Counted from the whole stretch's first letter, positions 50,095-62,792 are shown. The stretch: DNA of 63,190 bases, filler included, from Octopus bimaculoides (GCF_001194135.2; 8 parts of 8 records of this genome joined end to end with filler, not necessarily neighbours in it); one strand, 5' to 3'. A program made the numbers and translations. The notes: a model not told the origin generated them from the letters alone.

Positions 50095-50405
50095 TGAACT
50101 TCATCATCATCATCATCATCATTCAAAGTCCACTGTCCATGCTGGCATGGGTTGGACGGTTTGACTGAGTTGGCCAGCTGGAAGGCTGTGCCAGGATCCA
50201 TCTGATTTGGCATGATTTTCTACAGTTGGATGCCCTTCCTAGCGCCAACCACTCCGAGAGTGTAATGGATGCTTTTATGTGCCACCAGCACGGGTGCCAT
50301 TTGTGTGACACCAGTATCTGCCACAGCTGCGATTTTGCCCGGCTTAATGGGGTTTTTCTCAAGCATGACATAATGCCAAAAGTCTTGGTTACTGCCTCTG
50401 TGAAG
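50095..50405 (-). mobile_element. family E copy
   Basis: CCATGCTGGCATGGGTTGGACGGTTTG..GGATGCCCTTCCTAGCGCCAACCACTCC. Confidence 0.8.
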
Positions 50406-50505
50406 CNNNNNNNNNNNNNNNNNNNNNNNNNNNNNNNNNNNNNNNNNNNNTTAATTAATTAANNNNNNNNNNNNNNNNNNNNNNNNNNNNNNNNNNNNNN
50501 NNNNN

Positions 50506-50560
50506 NTGTCTTGTCCTTGCGGACCCCCTGTGGTCCGCGGACCACAGTTTGAAAACCCCT
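50506..50560. mobile_element. hAT (Charlie-like) terminus
   Basis: GGTCCGCGGACCACAGTTTGAAAACCCCTG. Confidence 0.55.
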
Positions 50561-50659
50561 GGATTAGAGGATTAACTGTAACCATGGAAGCGTCACGATG
50601 TCAGCTGTCTCCGGCATTCGTCCAGTCAGTTTTCTTTCATTATTCGACCAGCGGAAGGC

Positions 50660-50875
50660 GGCGAGCTGGCAGAATCGTTAGCACGCCGGGCGAAATGCTT
50701 ATCGGCATTTCGTCCGTCTTTATGTTCTGAGTTCAAATTCCGCCGAGGTCGACTTTGCCTTTCATCCTTTCGGGGGTCGATAAATTAAGTACCAGTGAAA
50801 CACTGGGGTCAATGTAATCGACCAGTCCCCTTCCCCCAAATTTTCAGGGCTTTGTGCCTAGAGTAGAAATAATTA
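50660..50875 (+). mobile_element. young SINE family B
   Basis: AAGGCGGCGAGCTGGCAGAATCGTTAGCACGCCGGGCG..CCTAGAGTAGAAA; CpGs retained. Confidence 0.9.
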
Positions 50876-51189
50876 TTCGACCAGAGTTCTTGCTGTGACC
50901 ACCCCTACTTCATCACAAGTATACCAATCCTATTAATTATATATGTTCAACTCACTGCATATATTTATCTCATTTTTTAGGACGGCAACTAATTTGACTA
51001 CTAGTTTTGGCAGATCCAGATACAACCTCTACTGTAAACTCATTCTAACATTCGACTTAGCATCTTTTCTTTCATTGTTCAATCGACATTCCAGTTGTGA
51101 CCATTCCATTTTCTTTTATAGATTCACATTATTTGATGCCATAAAAGACACACGAACAGACATACCCTATTTTCAGAGGTGTATGCTGT

Positions 51190-51335
51190 GTGGTAAGAAG
51201 TTTGTTTCTCAAACAAAAGGTTCTGGGTTCAGACCCACTGCGTGGAACCTTAGGCAAGTGTCCTCAACTATATAGTCACCGGCCGATCAAACCTTGTCAG
51301 TGGATTTAGTAGACGTAAACTGAAAGACCACCGTA
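51190..51335 (+). mobile_element. SINE D head
   Basis: GGGTTCAGACCCACTGCGTGG..GTGGATTTAGTAGACG. Confidence 0.7.
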
Positions 51336-51365
51336 TACATACATGCATACATACATACATACATA

Positions 51366-51570
51366 CATGAGAAGAATCTGGATAAACTGGGATTTTCGGA
51401 AAGAGAAGTCGACCGGCTAATTCGTACATTACAAGTGGAATCTGTGAGTGGAACAGTAAAAATATGCAAGACTTTTCTCAAGTTCCAAATGGAATTTGTC
51501 TATGTTAAACACATCCCAAAGATGCAGCCTAGTATCTTTGTTGGAAACTGGCTCCCTCCTCAGTGGAAGA
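51366..51570 (+). mobile_element. 3' end of a second restriction-like-endonuclease LINE family
   Basis: EKNLDKLGFSEREVDRLIRTLQVESVSGTVKICKTFLKF, then a short region ending in an A/T-rich tail; clade recalled, not verified. Confidence 0.6.
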
Positions 51571-51639
51571 TTTATAATAATTAAAAAATAGAAGACACAT
51601 ACGCACACACACATATATGTATCTTTGTGTGTGTGTGTG

Positions 51640-52000
51640 TTTGTCCCTTACCACCGCTTGACAAATGGTATTTACTCTGTGGGTTCCTTTTTCCGAGCTG
51701 CTAAGGTACGGGAAAGTAAACAAAACAGCATCGGTTGTCAAGCACTAGTGGACACACACACATACACNNNNNNNNNNGGAAAGTAAACAAAACAGCATCG
51801 GTTGTCAAGCACTAGTGGACACACACACATACACACACACACGACGGGCTTCTACGCAGTGTCCGTCTTCCAAATTCATTCACAAGGCATTGGTCGTCCT
51901 CGGGTTATAGAAGACGCTTGCCCAAAATGCTGGCTGAGCTGAGGGACTGAACTCAGAACTACGTGGTCGCAAAGCGAACTTTTTACCACATAGCCATACA
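51640..52000 (-). mobile_element. SINE C/D
   Basis: CAGCATCGGTTGTCAAG..ACGACGGGCTTCT..GGGACTGAACTC. Confidence 0.7.
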
Positions 52001-52947
52001 ACATAGCCATGCCTGCGAGTATTTATTTATAAATTTATTTCTAAATATTTAGAAATTAAGACGATATTTGAGGGAAGATTGCGTTACTACTTCCAGAAAA
52101 TCGAACGACAACGTAGAGGCGTATACTTGGTCACGTGATCGTCTAGCATTGTAAGTTAAAGAAGGCGTCCATTATTTTGCCAAAACCAAATGTATTGGAG
52201 AGCTTCAATGAGCTTAGAGCTATGAGAGAAGCCACCATAGAAGTGCAAATAACCTGACACCACTTTCTATTATATTACTGCAAGCAGCTGTCCAGAGTGG
52301 GACATGAAAATTAATATTTTCAGCAAATATATAGGCTCCAGCCATCAGCTCTAGTATTTCTGTACTTCTTCTACGATTACTTCTCGTCTGTCGTTCTAAC
52401 TTGTTTTTTTTTTCTGTCTTTATTTATCGCCTGCTTTCTTTCATTTTTTTTCAATATATTATCAATTCCACTTCACCGTTGATCTTGCTGCTGTGTTACA
52501 AGGTCATGACTTACAATACACACACACACACACACTCACACACATACACAGACACACACACACATATGTATGTATGTATATGTATGTATGTATGTGTATA
52601 TATATGTATGTGTGTATATATATATATATACATGTATATTTGTGTGCATGTATATATATGTATGTATGTATATATATATATATATATATATATTTATGTA
52701 TGTTTGTATACACACACACACACACATATATATTTGTGTGTGAATTGTGTACCTTGTTTTCTTGTGCGTCTGAGCGACCAGATTATAGACTGTGTGTATG
52801 TGCACGTGATAATGTGTTTCTGTTGGCGGATTACTATGTGCAAAATTCTGTGTGTTTTTATTTTATAATAATGTCGATGAATGTATTTATATGTGTGGAT
52901 GTATGTATTTATGTATCTATGTGTGTGCGTATGTATGTATGTATGTA

Positions 52948-52986
<39 letters not shown>

Positions 52987-53002
52987 GTATGTATGTGTGT
53001 AT

Positions 53003-53585
53003 GAAGAAACTGCAAATCAATGTAAGGAGCTGAGAAGAAATAGTTTTAGAAAGAGCAGAAGGACGGAAGCATGTAAGGGAAGGTTGTAAAACTTTTGAAG
53101 ATGGCTGCCTTGAGCAGGAAAGCCGAAAGCGCTGGCTCCGGAATGGCTGTCATCAGAGCCTCAGTGAGAACATAAAGTGATGGAGGTGGGGAAACGTGTG
53201 GCCGTGTATCCGTTTCCAAGGCTGGGTGTGTCAACCATCTGAAGTCCCATGAAAGATCAACCGAATGTAAGGTCTTTCCACCGCTTGAGACCGATCGAAT
53301 CGACGTGTGTGTCGTGTGTAAAAGGACTTGCAAGTCAGTTTCAGGTCAGAATATAAATATGTCGGTTACAGAAGGATCCTGCCTCACAAACTGATCCGAT
53401 CGGTCCAGTGGAAGTTACAATTTCTGTCTGTCGCTCATGCTTCAAAACCATTCAGATCTGCAGTGGGACTGAATAGTCATCGGAGAGGTCATTGACGGAA
53501 CGTCAGAAATGCTGTTGACAAAGGAGAAGCTCAAAGAGGCGGCAATCATTTGTGATGATGGAGCAATCACCATGTATGTATGTCT
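53003..53585 (+). mobile_element. RTE (BovB-like) LINE 3' end with three degenerate C2H2 fingers
   Basis: EGCKTFEDGCLEQESRKR; ETCGRVSVSKAGCVNHLKSH; VCVVCKRTCKSVSG; CRSCFK/PFRSAVGLNSHRRGH*; (ATGT)n tail. Confidence 0.7.
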
Positions 53586-53959
53586 CTTCTGTATGTAACC
53601 ATTTAAATTCTTCCTCTGAAGAAAGAGTTAGTTTCTAACAAAGATACAAACCTCCATCTTTGGAATGTAGATAACGAAAACAATGTCACATTTTAAACCT
53701 GAGAAAAATCTTGCATAGTTTTACCATTCCGCTTACAGATTGTATTTGTAATGTGCGAATCAGCTAGTTGATTTTTTTTTTCTGAAAATCCAACCAAATC
53801 CAGACTGACAGTTACGCATTTACTTACAAAACCAAGTTCAACAATTATTATTTGTATAAATGTAATTTGTAATCCGGATATAAAAGCTGGAGATTTCGAA
53901 GCGGTTGTCCACAGTTATCTTCCTTCTCTTTGATTTTCAAAGAGATATTCACATTAGCA

Positions 53960-54186
53960 GCACAGCTGACCTTTTGACGGTGCATACTTTTACTTGTCCG
54001 TCTCAAACAACAATATCCGGTCTGTTATGCTTACAATTTACAGATGGTTTGATGGGAATGTTCCACCAGTATTCCTTCTGCTGGTATTTGTGTACGCATC
54101 CAATAACAGAGGGATTCTCTGTATTTATTCCACGACAATTTTTTTTCCGAATGCCAGTGTATATTGTTTTTGCGACAACGTCATGT
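53960..54186 (-). mobile_element. restriction-like-endonuclease LINE fragment
   Basis: HDVVAKTIY..KEYWWNIPIKPSVNCKHNRPDIVV. Confidence 0.75.
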
Positions 54187-54412
54187 NNNNNNNNNNAAGG
54201 GAGGTAATACCTTGATGGCTTTTTTGGGCAGCAGCTGATGTATGTATGTATGTATGTATGTATATACATACACATACAGACAAACATACATTCATACGTA
54301 CATACATACATGCACACACACGCACAGATAATCATATATATACATATATATATATATATTATATATATATACATATATGTATATATACATGCATAGATAT
54401 ATATATATACAT

Positions 54413-54501
<89 letters not shown>

Positions 54502-55206
54502 CGTACATACATACATACATGTATACATAATGCATACATATCCACACACCTACACATGCACACATTCACACGTCAAGGTCACTAGCCCCTATCCACACGC
54601 ACACACTGGCCTCGGTGGTATTTGAACTCAGAACGTAAAAACAAAATGCCGTTAACAATTCTGCTATCTCACTGACTTGAAGAGATGCGATTTATTAAAA
54701 GTGCATTGTGGGTGAATACCTTCATGAGCGTTCGATCCCCGCCCCCATCTGCCGATGTGTGATTATTTATGTGATTTTACTGTGATTCACACCTCGGTAA
54801 TTCTAGTGGGGTTAGCGTCACTAGGACTGGTGTGTCGATCGAAAATAAGTGGTTGACAAAGAAAAAGAGTTCTGAATCACATTTTCCTTGAAATAAGGTG
54901 CGTCATTGCCCTCCCAGGCATTGTCTTCACAAATATGGACCGTACAAAGTGCTGTCGTTCCAAGGTGTCAAACAGAACTCTCTCTCTCCAATCTCTAATC
55001 TCTTGGAATTAGTTTCTTTACAGTTATAAGGATTTTCCTCAGAGTCGGCAGCAACCAAACCCCCACCGTGCATTCATGCATATATATACATACAAACACC
55101 GATACACACAAAAATACACATACATAAAGGTTCATACACTCATGCATATGTATGTATGTATGTATATCTCTCTCTCTCTATGTATATATATACATACATA
55201 CATACA

Positions 55207-55276
<70 letters not shown>

Positions 55277-56968
55277 TATATATATATATACACATACACA
55301 CACACACACATATATATATTTATTGCATTTATATGTATGTATACGGATACCCACCAACATTCCTATCTATAAATATAGATACATATATATTTATCAATCC
55401 ATGCATTTATACTGACACACACTCACACACGCACTCACACACACCACTCACACACGCATGCACACTCATACACAGACATAAGCAAATGCTCACTTACATG
55501 CACATACTCACATATTCACGTACATACAGATATGAATATATGAATACATACATACACATGGTGAAATTTATTTCTTGCCAAAAATTTTCCAGAAAAAAAA
55601 GAAAACAAGTAAAAAAGCACAACGAAGNNNNNNNNNNNNNNNNNNNNNNNNNNNNNNNNNNNNNNNNNNNNNNNNNNNNNNNNNNNNNNNNNNNNNNNNN
55701 NNNNNNNNNNNNNNNNNNNNNNNNNNNNNNNNNNNNNNNNNNNNNNNNNNNNNNNNNNNNNNNNNNNNNNNNNNNNNNNNNNNNNNNNNNNNNNNNNNNN
55801 NNNNNNNNNNNNNNNNNNNNNNNNNNNNNNNNNNNNNNNNNNNNNNNNNNNNNNNNNNNNNNNNNNNNNNNNNNNNNNNNNNNNNNNNNNNNNNNNNNNN
55901 NNNNNNNNNNNNNNNNNNNNNNNNNNNNNNNNNNNNNNNNNNNNNNNNNNNNNNNNNNNNNNNNNNNNNNNNNNNNNNNNNNNNNNNNNNNNNNNNNNNN
56001 NNNNNNNNNNNNNNNNNNNNNNNNNNNNNNNNNNNNNNNNNNNNNNNNNNNNNNNNNNNNNNNNNNNNNNNNNNNNNNNNNNNNNNNNNNNNNNNNNNNN
56101 NNNNNNNNNNNNNNNNNNNNNNNNNNNNNNNNNNNNNNNNNNNNNNNNNNNNNNNNNNNNNNNNNNNNNNNNNNNNNNNNNNNNNNNNNNNNNNNNNNNN
56201 NNNNNNNNNNNNNNNNNNNNNNNNNNNNNNNNNNNNNNNNNNNNNNNNNNNNNNNNNNNNNNNNNNNNNNNNNNNNNNNNNNNNNNNNNNNNNNNNNNNN
56301 NNNNNNNNNNNNNNNNNNNNNNCACCACCATTACACCTCCTAACACTATTAATACATTCAGCAATACAAACTCCATCCTTCATCTTGTCCACCACCAGCA
56401 CCAACACAACCACTACAGTGATCATCGTCGCCATCGCAGTGGAGTGGTTAGTAATTTTGGCTTTATTCTCTAAGAATCGCAATGTGTCATTAAAAATCAG
56501 TTTGTCACAAAATTATAAAGGTATTTATCTAAAATTGATTTCCTATACATAGTCACAGATTTAAAATGGCATCGAAAAAAGAACAGCACTCACACACATA
56601 CGCACGCGCACGCGCACGCACGCACGCTCGCACGCACGCATGTTCGAAAGAATTTGTTCACACACGCACCCACAACTGCAAGAAAAAAAAAACACATACA
56701 TATACACATGCATACATTTACATATGGACATGCATACACACGAATACATATGCATACAGACGCAGATACATATATACACACACAGTCGCATATACAGAAA
56801 CACATACGTGCATATATATATATATATATATATAAACATATATATACATATATATATATATATATATNNNNNNNNNNNNNNNNNNNNNNNNNNNNNNNNN
56901 NNNNNNNNNNNTTAATTAATTAANNNNNNNNNNNNNNNNNNNNNNNNNNNNNNNNNNNNNNNNNNNNC

Positions 56969-57320
56969 TCTACTCTTTTACTTGTTTCAGTCATTTGACT
57001 GCGGCCATGCTGGAGCACCGCCTTTAGTCGAGAAAATCGACCCCGGGACTTATTCTTTGGAAGCCTAGAACTTATTCTATCGGTCTCTTTTTGCCGAACC
57101 GCTATGTTAGGGGGGTCCTAAACACACCAGCATCGGTTGTCAAGCGATGGTGGAGGGGGGGGGACAAACACAGACACACAAACACATATACATATATATA
57201 CATTTATACATATATACGACGGGCTTGTTTCAGTTTCCGTCTACCAAATCCACTCACAAGGCTTTGGTCTGCCCGAGGCTATAGTAGAAGACACTTGCCC
57301 AAGATGCCACGCAGTGGGAG
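56969..57320 (-). mobile_element. young SINE C/D
   Basis: high identity to 41158-41545 and 43314-43608. Confidence 0.9.
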
Positions 57321-58921
57321 TGTGCTTATGTGTGTGTGTGTACAAAAGGTACAGATAATAGTCGTTACAAATTTTTCTTTATTGCAGTAAATTTGACTTA
57401 CAGTTGTTCCCCGTAATCATTATAGGTTGGTGTTTGATAGATTTATTCAGTCAGAAATTACTCTGATAAGGTCCACACAAATACCTCGTAGAATGCTATG
57501 CAAAGTTATTGTAGCTATCTGATGTCATTGTAGTGTGGAAATGTTTCAGCAACTGGATATACATCAGGAATCACCTACCAGTGATCTCATATGAGATCAC
57601 TTAAAAATTACAAATTTCGTAATTATCTGTCAATCTAACCTTTTTGCTATATCTACTAGGTATATTTCTCTGATATTCAAATGAGATTTGCTAATTTTTC
57701 ACCCAATATCTCGCTTATTTCTATTTAAAATGTTATTTTGAAATGTTATTTTGATCATTCCAGCGTGTTTCTAGAAATCAAAGTTTCATAAAAAAAATTC
57801 CAGTTAATAGAATTATGGGAGGCAATGAGTTAATATCTGTACGGAGTAGAACAACATGAAATTAGAAATATTACTTAGGAACACAATGTATAGCGTACAA
57901 GTGACCAAGATTACAACATTCCTCCAGAACCGAACACTTGGTTATTCATTTACAACTATGTGGACTGGACCAACGGGAAATGGAGTGTTTTGCTCACGAA
58001 AAGCAAAAGATTGCACCGCACAGTCTGCGAATCGAAACCATGATGAGGACCAGTCACCGGGTTTCAATAACCGCGATTACAACAGGGCACCAATCAGTCA
58101 CCGGGTCTCTAGTTTACACACACATTACAGCTGAGTGGACTGGGCCAATAAGAACTCAAGTGATTTGCTCAAAAAACAACGCTCCGCCTGCTGCAAGCAA
58201 ACGAAACACACGAATCTTGTGATGGTGACAGCAACACCCTAACCCATAGGCCAGGCGCTTTCACTTACAGCTATGACATAATGGCTAAAAATTAATCAAT
58301 CTCTACTATATATATATATATATATATATNNNNNNNNNNTTAATTTTTAGCCATTATGTCATAGCTGTAAGTGAAAGCGCCTGGCCTATGGGTTAGGGTG
58401 TTGCTGTCACCATCACAAGATGTATATACATATATATTAGGAAGCATAGGAAATAATACTTAATAGACATGTAACTATTTCTAGAAGAAAAATTATCAGT
58501 TTGCAATGCTAATGATTGGCAATATCTGGTAGCATGATTATAATTAGCGTTTATTGGTTGATTGGTCTGGTTAGTCATAAGCTTTACGCTTGGTTGATTT
58601 TTGGCAACAGCACTGATCGCTCATAGAATTTACTGTTTTATGAAGCGTGGAAATTGTATATTAATGTTGTATCATGATGAATGGCATCACAGACGAATGT
58701 CATTGGTTAGGGATAGGCTCTTGTAGAATTACGTGGACGACTGCTAGATTTCGATTCTTGATTTATAGAATATGGTGTTTAGAAGAACCGTGGAGTTTCT
58801 CAATTCACTTATTTTATAGCTAACTATGTCGTTTCTTTACTAATTAGGAAGTCATTAAAATTATTCGCATTCGAGTTGTACAGATACAGACATATGTGTG
58901 TGTATGTGTATGTGTGTGTGT

Positions 58922-58960
<39 letters not shown>

Positions 58961-59203
58961 CGTACATGTGTGTATATATTCATGCATATACATATATACA
59001 TATGCATAATCGTATATACAGACCCGCAACACACGTGTATGTTCATATATATACACACATATATATATACGCACTTGTACACATATATACACGTAAATAT
59101 ATANNNNNNNNNNNNNNNNNNNNNNNNNNNNNNNNNNNNNNNNNNNNTTAATTAATTAANNNNNNNNNNNNNNNNNNNNNNNNNNNNNNNNNNNNNNNNN
59201 NNN

Positions 59204-59315
59204 TGACAACTATATCTGGTCTATTGGCCTTAATTTCTCTATCTGTGTGTATTGGCATATCCCAGAGTATGGTTGCTTTCTCGTTTTCTGTGACCTTTTC
59301 TGGCGTGTGTTTATA
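59204..59315 (-). mobile_element. R4/Dong-type LINE fragment
   Basis: WYKHTPEKVTENEKATILWDMPIHTDREIKANRPDIVV. Confidence 0.88.
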
Positions 59316-59359
59316 CCATCTTTTTTCTGTTGTTTATTATTATTATTATCATCATAATT

Positions 59360-59990
59360 AAGGCGGCGAGCTGGCAGAATCGTTAACACACTGGACAAAA
59401 TGCTTGGCGGTATTTCACCCGTCGCTACATTCTGAGATCAAATTCTGCCGAGGTCAACTTTGCTTTTCATCCTTTCGGGGTCGATGAAATAAGTACCAGT
59501 GAAACACTGGGGTCGATGTAATCGACTAGTCCCCACCCACCAAATTTCAGGCTTTGTGCTTTTAGTAGAAAAGATAAGGTGATGCGCTGACAGAATCGTT
59601 AGCACGACGGGCAAAATGCTTAGCGCATTTCGTCCGTCCTTACATTCTGACTTCAAATTCCACCGAGGTCAACTTTGCCTTTCATCCTTCGGGATTCGAT
59701 AAAATATGTACCAGTGAAACATTGGGGTCGATGTAATCTAGCCTCCTCCCACAAAATTTCAGGCCTTGTGCCTTTAGTAGAAAAGATTATTATTAAGGCA
59801 ATGAGCTGGCACGATCATTGGCACTCCAAGCAAAATTCTTAGTGGTACTTCTGGTTTCACGTTCCAAGGTCGATATTGCCTCTAATCCTTACGGGATCAA
59901 TAAAATAAGTAGTCGAGCATGGGGGTCGATGTAATCGACTTCCCCTCTCCTCGAAATTGTTGGCCTTGTACCAAAACTAGAAAGAATTTT
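59360..59990 (+). mobile_element. three head-to-tail SINE family B copies
   Basis: units start near 59360, 59576 and 59795; each ends TAG(T)A(G)AAA(A)GA. Confidence 0.85.
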
Positions 59991-60189
59991 GTTATTGTTG
60001 TTGTCTGTGATTGATCATGTCCTCCCTTCACTCTCACAGTTTTACCAAATGAAATCACATTGGAAATAATTTTTATGTGAATCGACTTTATCTGCAAAGT
60101 TTTTTTTTCTGAAAGAATTACGTCTGGTATAAGGCATTCTCTTTTTTTCTATATCATGTACGGTTTTCAACTATTCTTGTCTGTCTGGA

Positions 60190-60391
60190 TATCAAATCCT
60201 ATAGAAACTTTGGTTTACCAAAATTCATTTAGCGCCCATCTTGGTACTGAAGTGTTATATCCTAATTATTGTAAGATGACTAGTATAACAGTTTATTCTA
60301 GTTACCTTATAATAATTAGGATATAACACTTCAGTACCAAGAAGGGTTCTAAATGAACTTTAGTAAACCAAGGATTCTATGGGATTTGATA
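60190..60391. mobile_element. palindromic MITE-like element
   Basis: arms 60190-60275 / 60306-60391, e.g. CTTGGTACTGAAGTGTTATATCCTAATTATT vs AATAATTAGGATATAACACTTCAGTACCAAG. Confidence 0.85.
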
Positions 60392-60699
60392 GACATAACC
60401 TTACTATGCGATTGTTTGTTATTTTTCTGAGTTAACTATTTATGGCCCACTACTGATTATATAGGCGGAATTTGCTTACTGAAGCAGTGAAATAAATATC
60501 CTTGTTCACTGAACTAGTGTTTAGAGCTTGGCCTAGAGTTTATTGGTGATTCTTTTTTTTTTACATTCTTATAGCTCTGTGGAACTGTCCATGTAACTGC
60601 ATTTCTTCTAGTACTTACTTCTTTTCACAAATTATCCTTTGTACATTCTTCTCTTTCTAAAACTATTGCTGCATGTTGAAGTAGTTCTTTTCGCATAGC

Positions 60700-61150
60700 A
60701 TGGTTTATTGACCTTTGCTTTCCATTCACTCACTTCGAAAATATTAATAAATCCTCTTCCTCCAATCTTGCTTCATGCATAAATGATTGATATTTGCCAT
60801 TGGATAAAACTTTCCATGCACAGTGAGGGACTTTTCTCATCTGTCTAATGCATGTTTCATCTTTTATCCCATCCACTATTCCAACACCATAGAATATGAT
60901 GGCAATCACTGTTGATCTCATTTATCAAATTCCTTCAATTAAATCCAGACTTCAATACTAGCTTTAATCTGATAAAAAATATTGTTTTTGCTTTTGCTTT
61001 CATTTCCTCATGCATTTTATCATCAAGTTCCTATATGTCTAGATACTTGTACCCATTCTCATCAGGCTCTAAAATCCATTCTTCTGATGAAATTATTCCA
61101 TAACTAAAGTCACATATTTTGATACACCAAAGTCAATTCCAATATCATTA
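60700..61150 (-). mobile_element. decayed R4/Dong-type reverse-transcriptase/thumb region
   Basis: NDIGIDFG, GYKYLDI, RLKLVLKS, IIFYGVGIVDG, IGGRGFINIFE across frameshifts. Confidence 0.8.
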
Positions 61151-61612
61151 CACCTTTTTACTATTTTAAGAAATGACCTCTTTCTCAGATTTTGCGAATA
61201 TCTTTAAATCATCCCTATCACAACAACAACCTTTCTCCTTAACACATCACACTTCATCATCCTGTCAGCTTCTCTCAACAACCACACACCACTCCTCATT
61301 CACTGTGATCTCCCTCATTTGGTTTCTGTACTTACCTTTTAAACTCTCTTAGCACCAGCTGCTCTATCGAAGGACCTATGACCAAAAACCCAGTTCTTCA
61401 CTTCTTACAACAAATAATATCTCATGGAAGAAAACATTTGGCCAAACAAAGAGTATATGGCAGTCTTCTTGCAATCACTAATGTCATTGGAAAGAGGTGC
61501 ATGCATTTTGTAGGACATTACTGGTTATACTCGAACTCATTAAGTGATACTTTCCAATAGACACCTGGCCAGCAAAAATTTAGCAGCTGCATACCCCCAC
61601 CCCACCCATCAC

Positions 61613-61800
61613 AATTGCTTGTGATGTCACATTGACACCAAAAGACCTCTCCTACAGTCACTACTGTTAGTAACATCACACAAACATCTACAGGCCTCTC
61701 CTATATTTACATTCATCATTGTCAGTGACGTCACATTAAGACCTACACACCTCTGCTATAATCATCATTGTTAGTGATGTTACAGAACCTCATCCTATTC
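61613..61800 (+). repeat. cryptic tandem repeat, about 50 bp x4
   Basis: ATTG(C/T)(T/C)AGTGA(T/C)GTCACA...CCTCT(C)CTA recurring near 61613, 61662, 61717 and 61766. Confidence 0.55.
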
Positions 61801-62631
61801 TATTCTGGCATGTACTGCTAGTGGCTGGGATCAAATGATGACTTTTTATCATCGTCACCATCATCCTCGTTGTTGTTTAGTCCCAAGTTATATTTGATTC
61901 AACAGACCAATGATCAAAGGTGTTCCATTGTGACCATCCAGTCAATTTGGAACTAGCTACATCATTATTAGGCTATGTCATTACATTTAGCTGTTATTTC
62001 CAACAGATCTAGCAGCCAGATAAATGCCACCTTCTGACTCGCATGTTTGTGTGTCAGAAACAGAGAAGGAGAGAGAGAGGGGGGGTGTATACATGTGTGT
62101 GTCAATGAAAGATAGTGTGCGCATGTGCATGTGTGCATCAGAAGTTGTGTGTGTGTGAGTGTATAAGATTGTAACAATTGGTTTAATAACAAGACAACAA
62201 ATATCTGTAAACAAACATAAATAAATAAACAAAATTCTGCAGCTATGAATTCTACAAAAGAGTTCTTTGTGGAGATTTCAGGCAGAAAGGCCAGACTGGG
62301 TATCAATGTCACACACACACGTATTCACAGAAAGGTGTCAACAGACAACACTACTACTATTACTGCTGCTGCTGCTACCACCACTACTACTACCATTATT
62401 TGATCAAAACAATTTGGCTTTTGTATATCTTGAAGGGGTGTTGTGGTATCTCCAAATACTGCTACTTTTGATGTGTGCGTGTGTGTATGTATATATATAT
62501 ATATATACATACACACATATATATATATGCACACACACACAGCAGGAAAGAACAGAGATTCATGTGTATGTATCTACATGTATATTATGTGTGTATATAT
62601 ATGTGTATATTAAGTGTATATATATATATAT

Positions 62632-62745
62632 GTGAAGGTGCATGGCTCAGTGGTTAGAGAATTGAGCTTATGATCATGAGGTTGTGAGTTCGAATCCTGG
62701 ACCAGGCTGCGTGTTGTGTTCTTGAGCAATGCACTTTATTTCGTG
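62632..62745 (+). mobile_element. SINE family A head
   Basis: A-box TGGCTCAGTGG, B-box GTTCGAATCC, TTGTGTTCTTGAGCAA. Confidence 0.8.
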
Positions 62746-62792
62746 TTGAAATAAAGCCACCACCATTTTCAAACTACTCTCTTTGACTAGAT

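Noticed and set aside
58215-58420. 81-bp 100%-identical inverted repeat
   Set aside because: The arms flank a 10-N gap and are identical, so this is most likely a contig-end duplication artefact. Long reads would be needed to rescue it.
8374-59159. Seven identical TTAATTAATTAA words at scattered positions
   Set aside because: Each is centred in an N run; this is a scaffolding spacer with six-frame stops, not a biological repeat.
6-62657. Many long ORFs such as [18 protein letters not shown], poly-X
   Set aside because: They are translations of (TA)n, (CA)n and (TACA)n microsatellites or N gaps, with no coding signal.
62632-62745. Possible tRNA gene (A and B boxes)
   Set aside because: No complete cloverleaf or acceptor stem, and it continues into the SINE A body. 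The same holds for 11178, 26521 and 47700.
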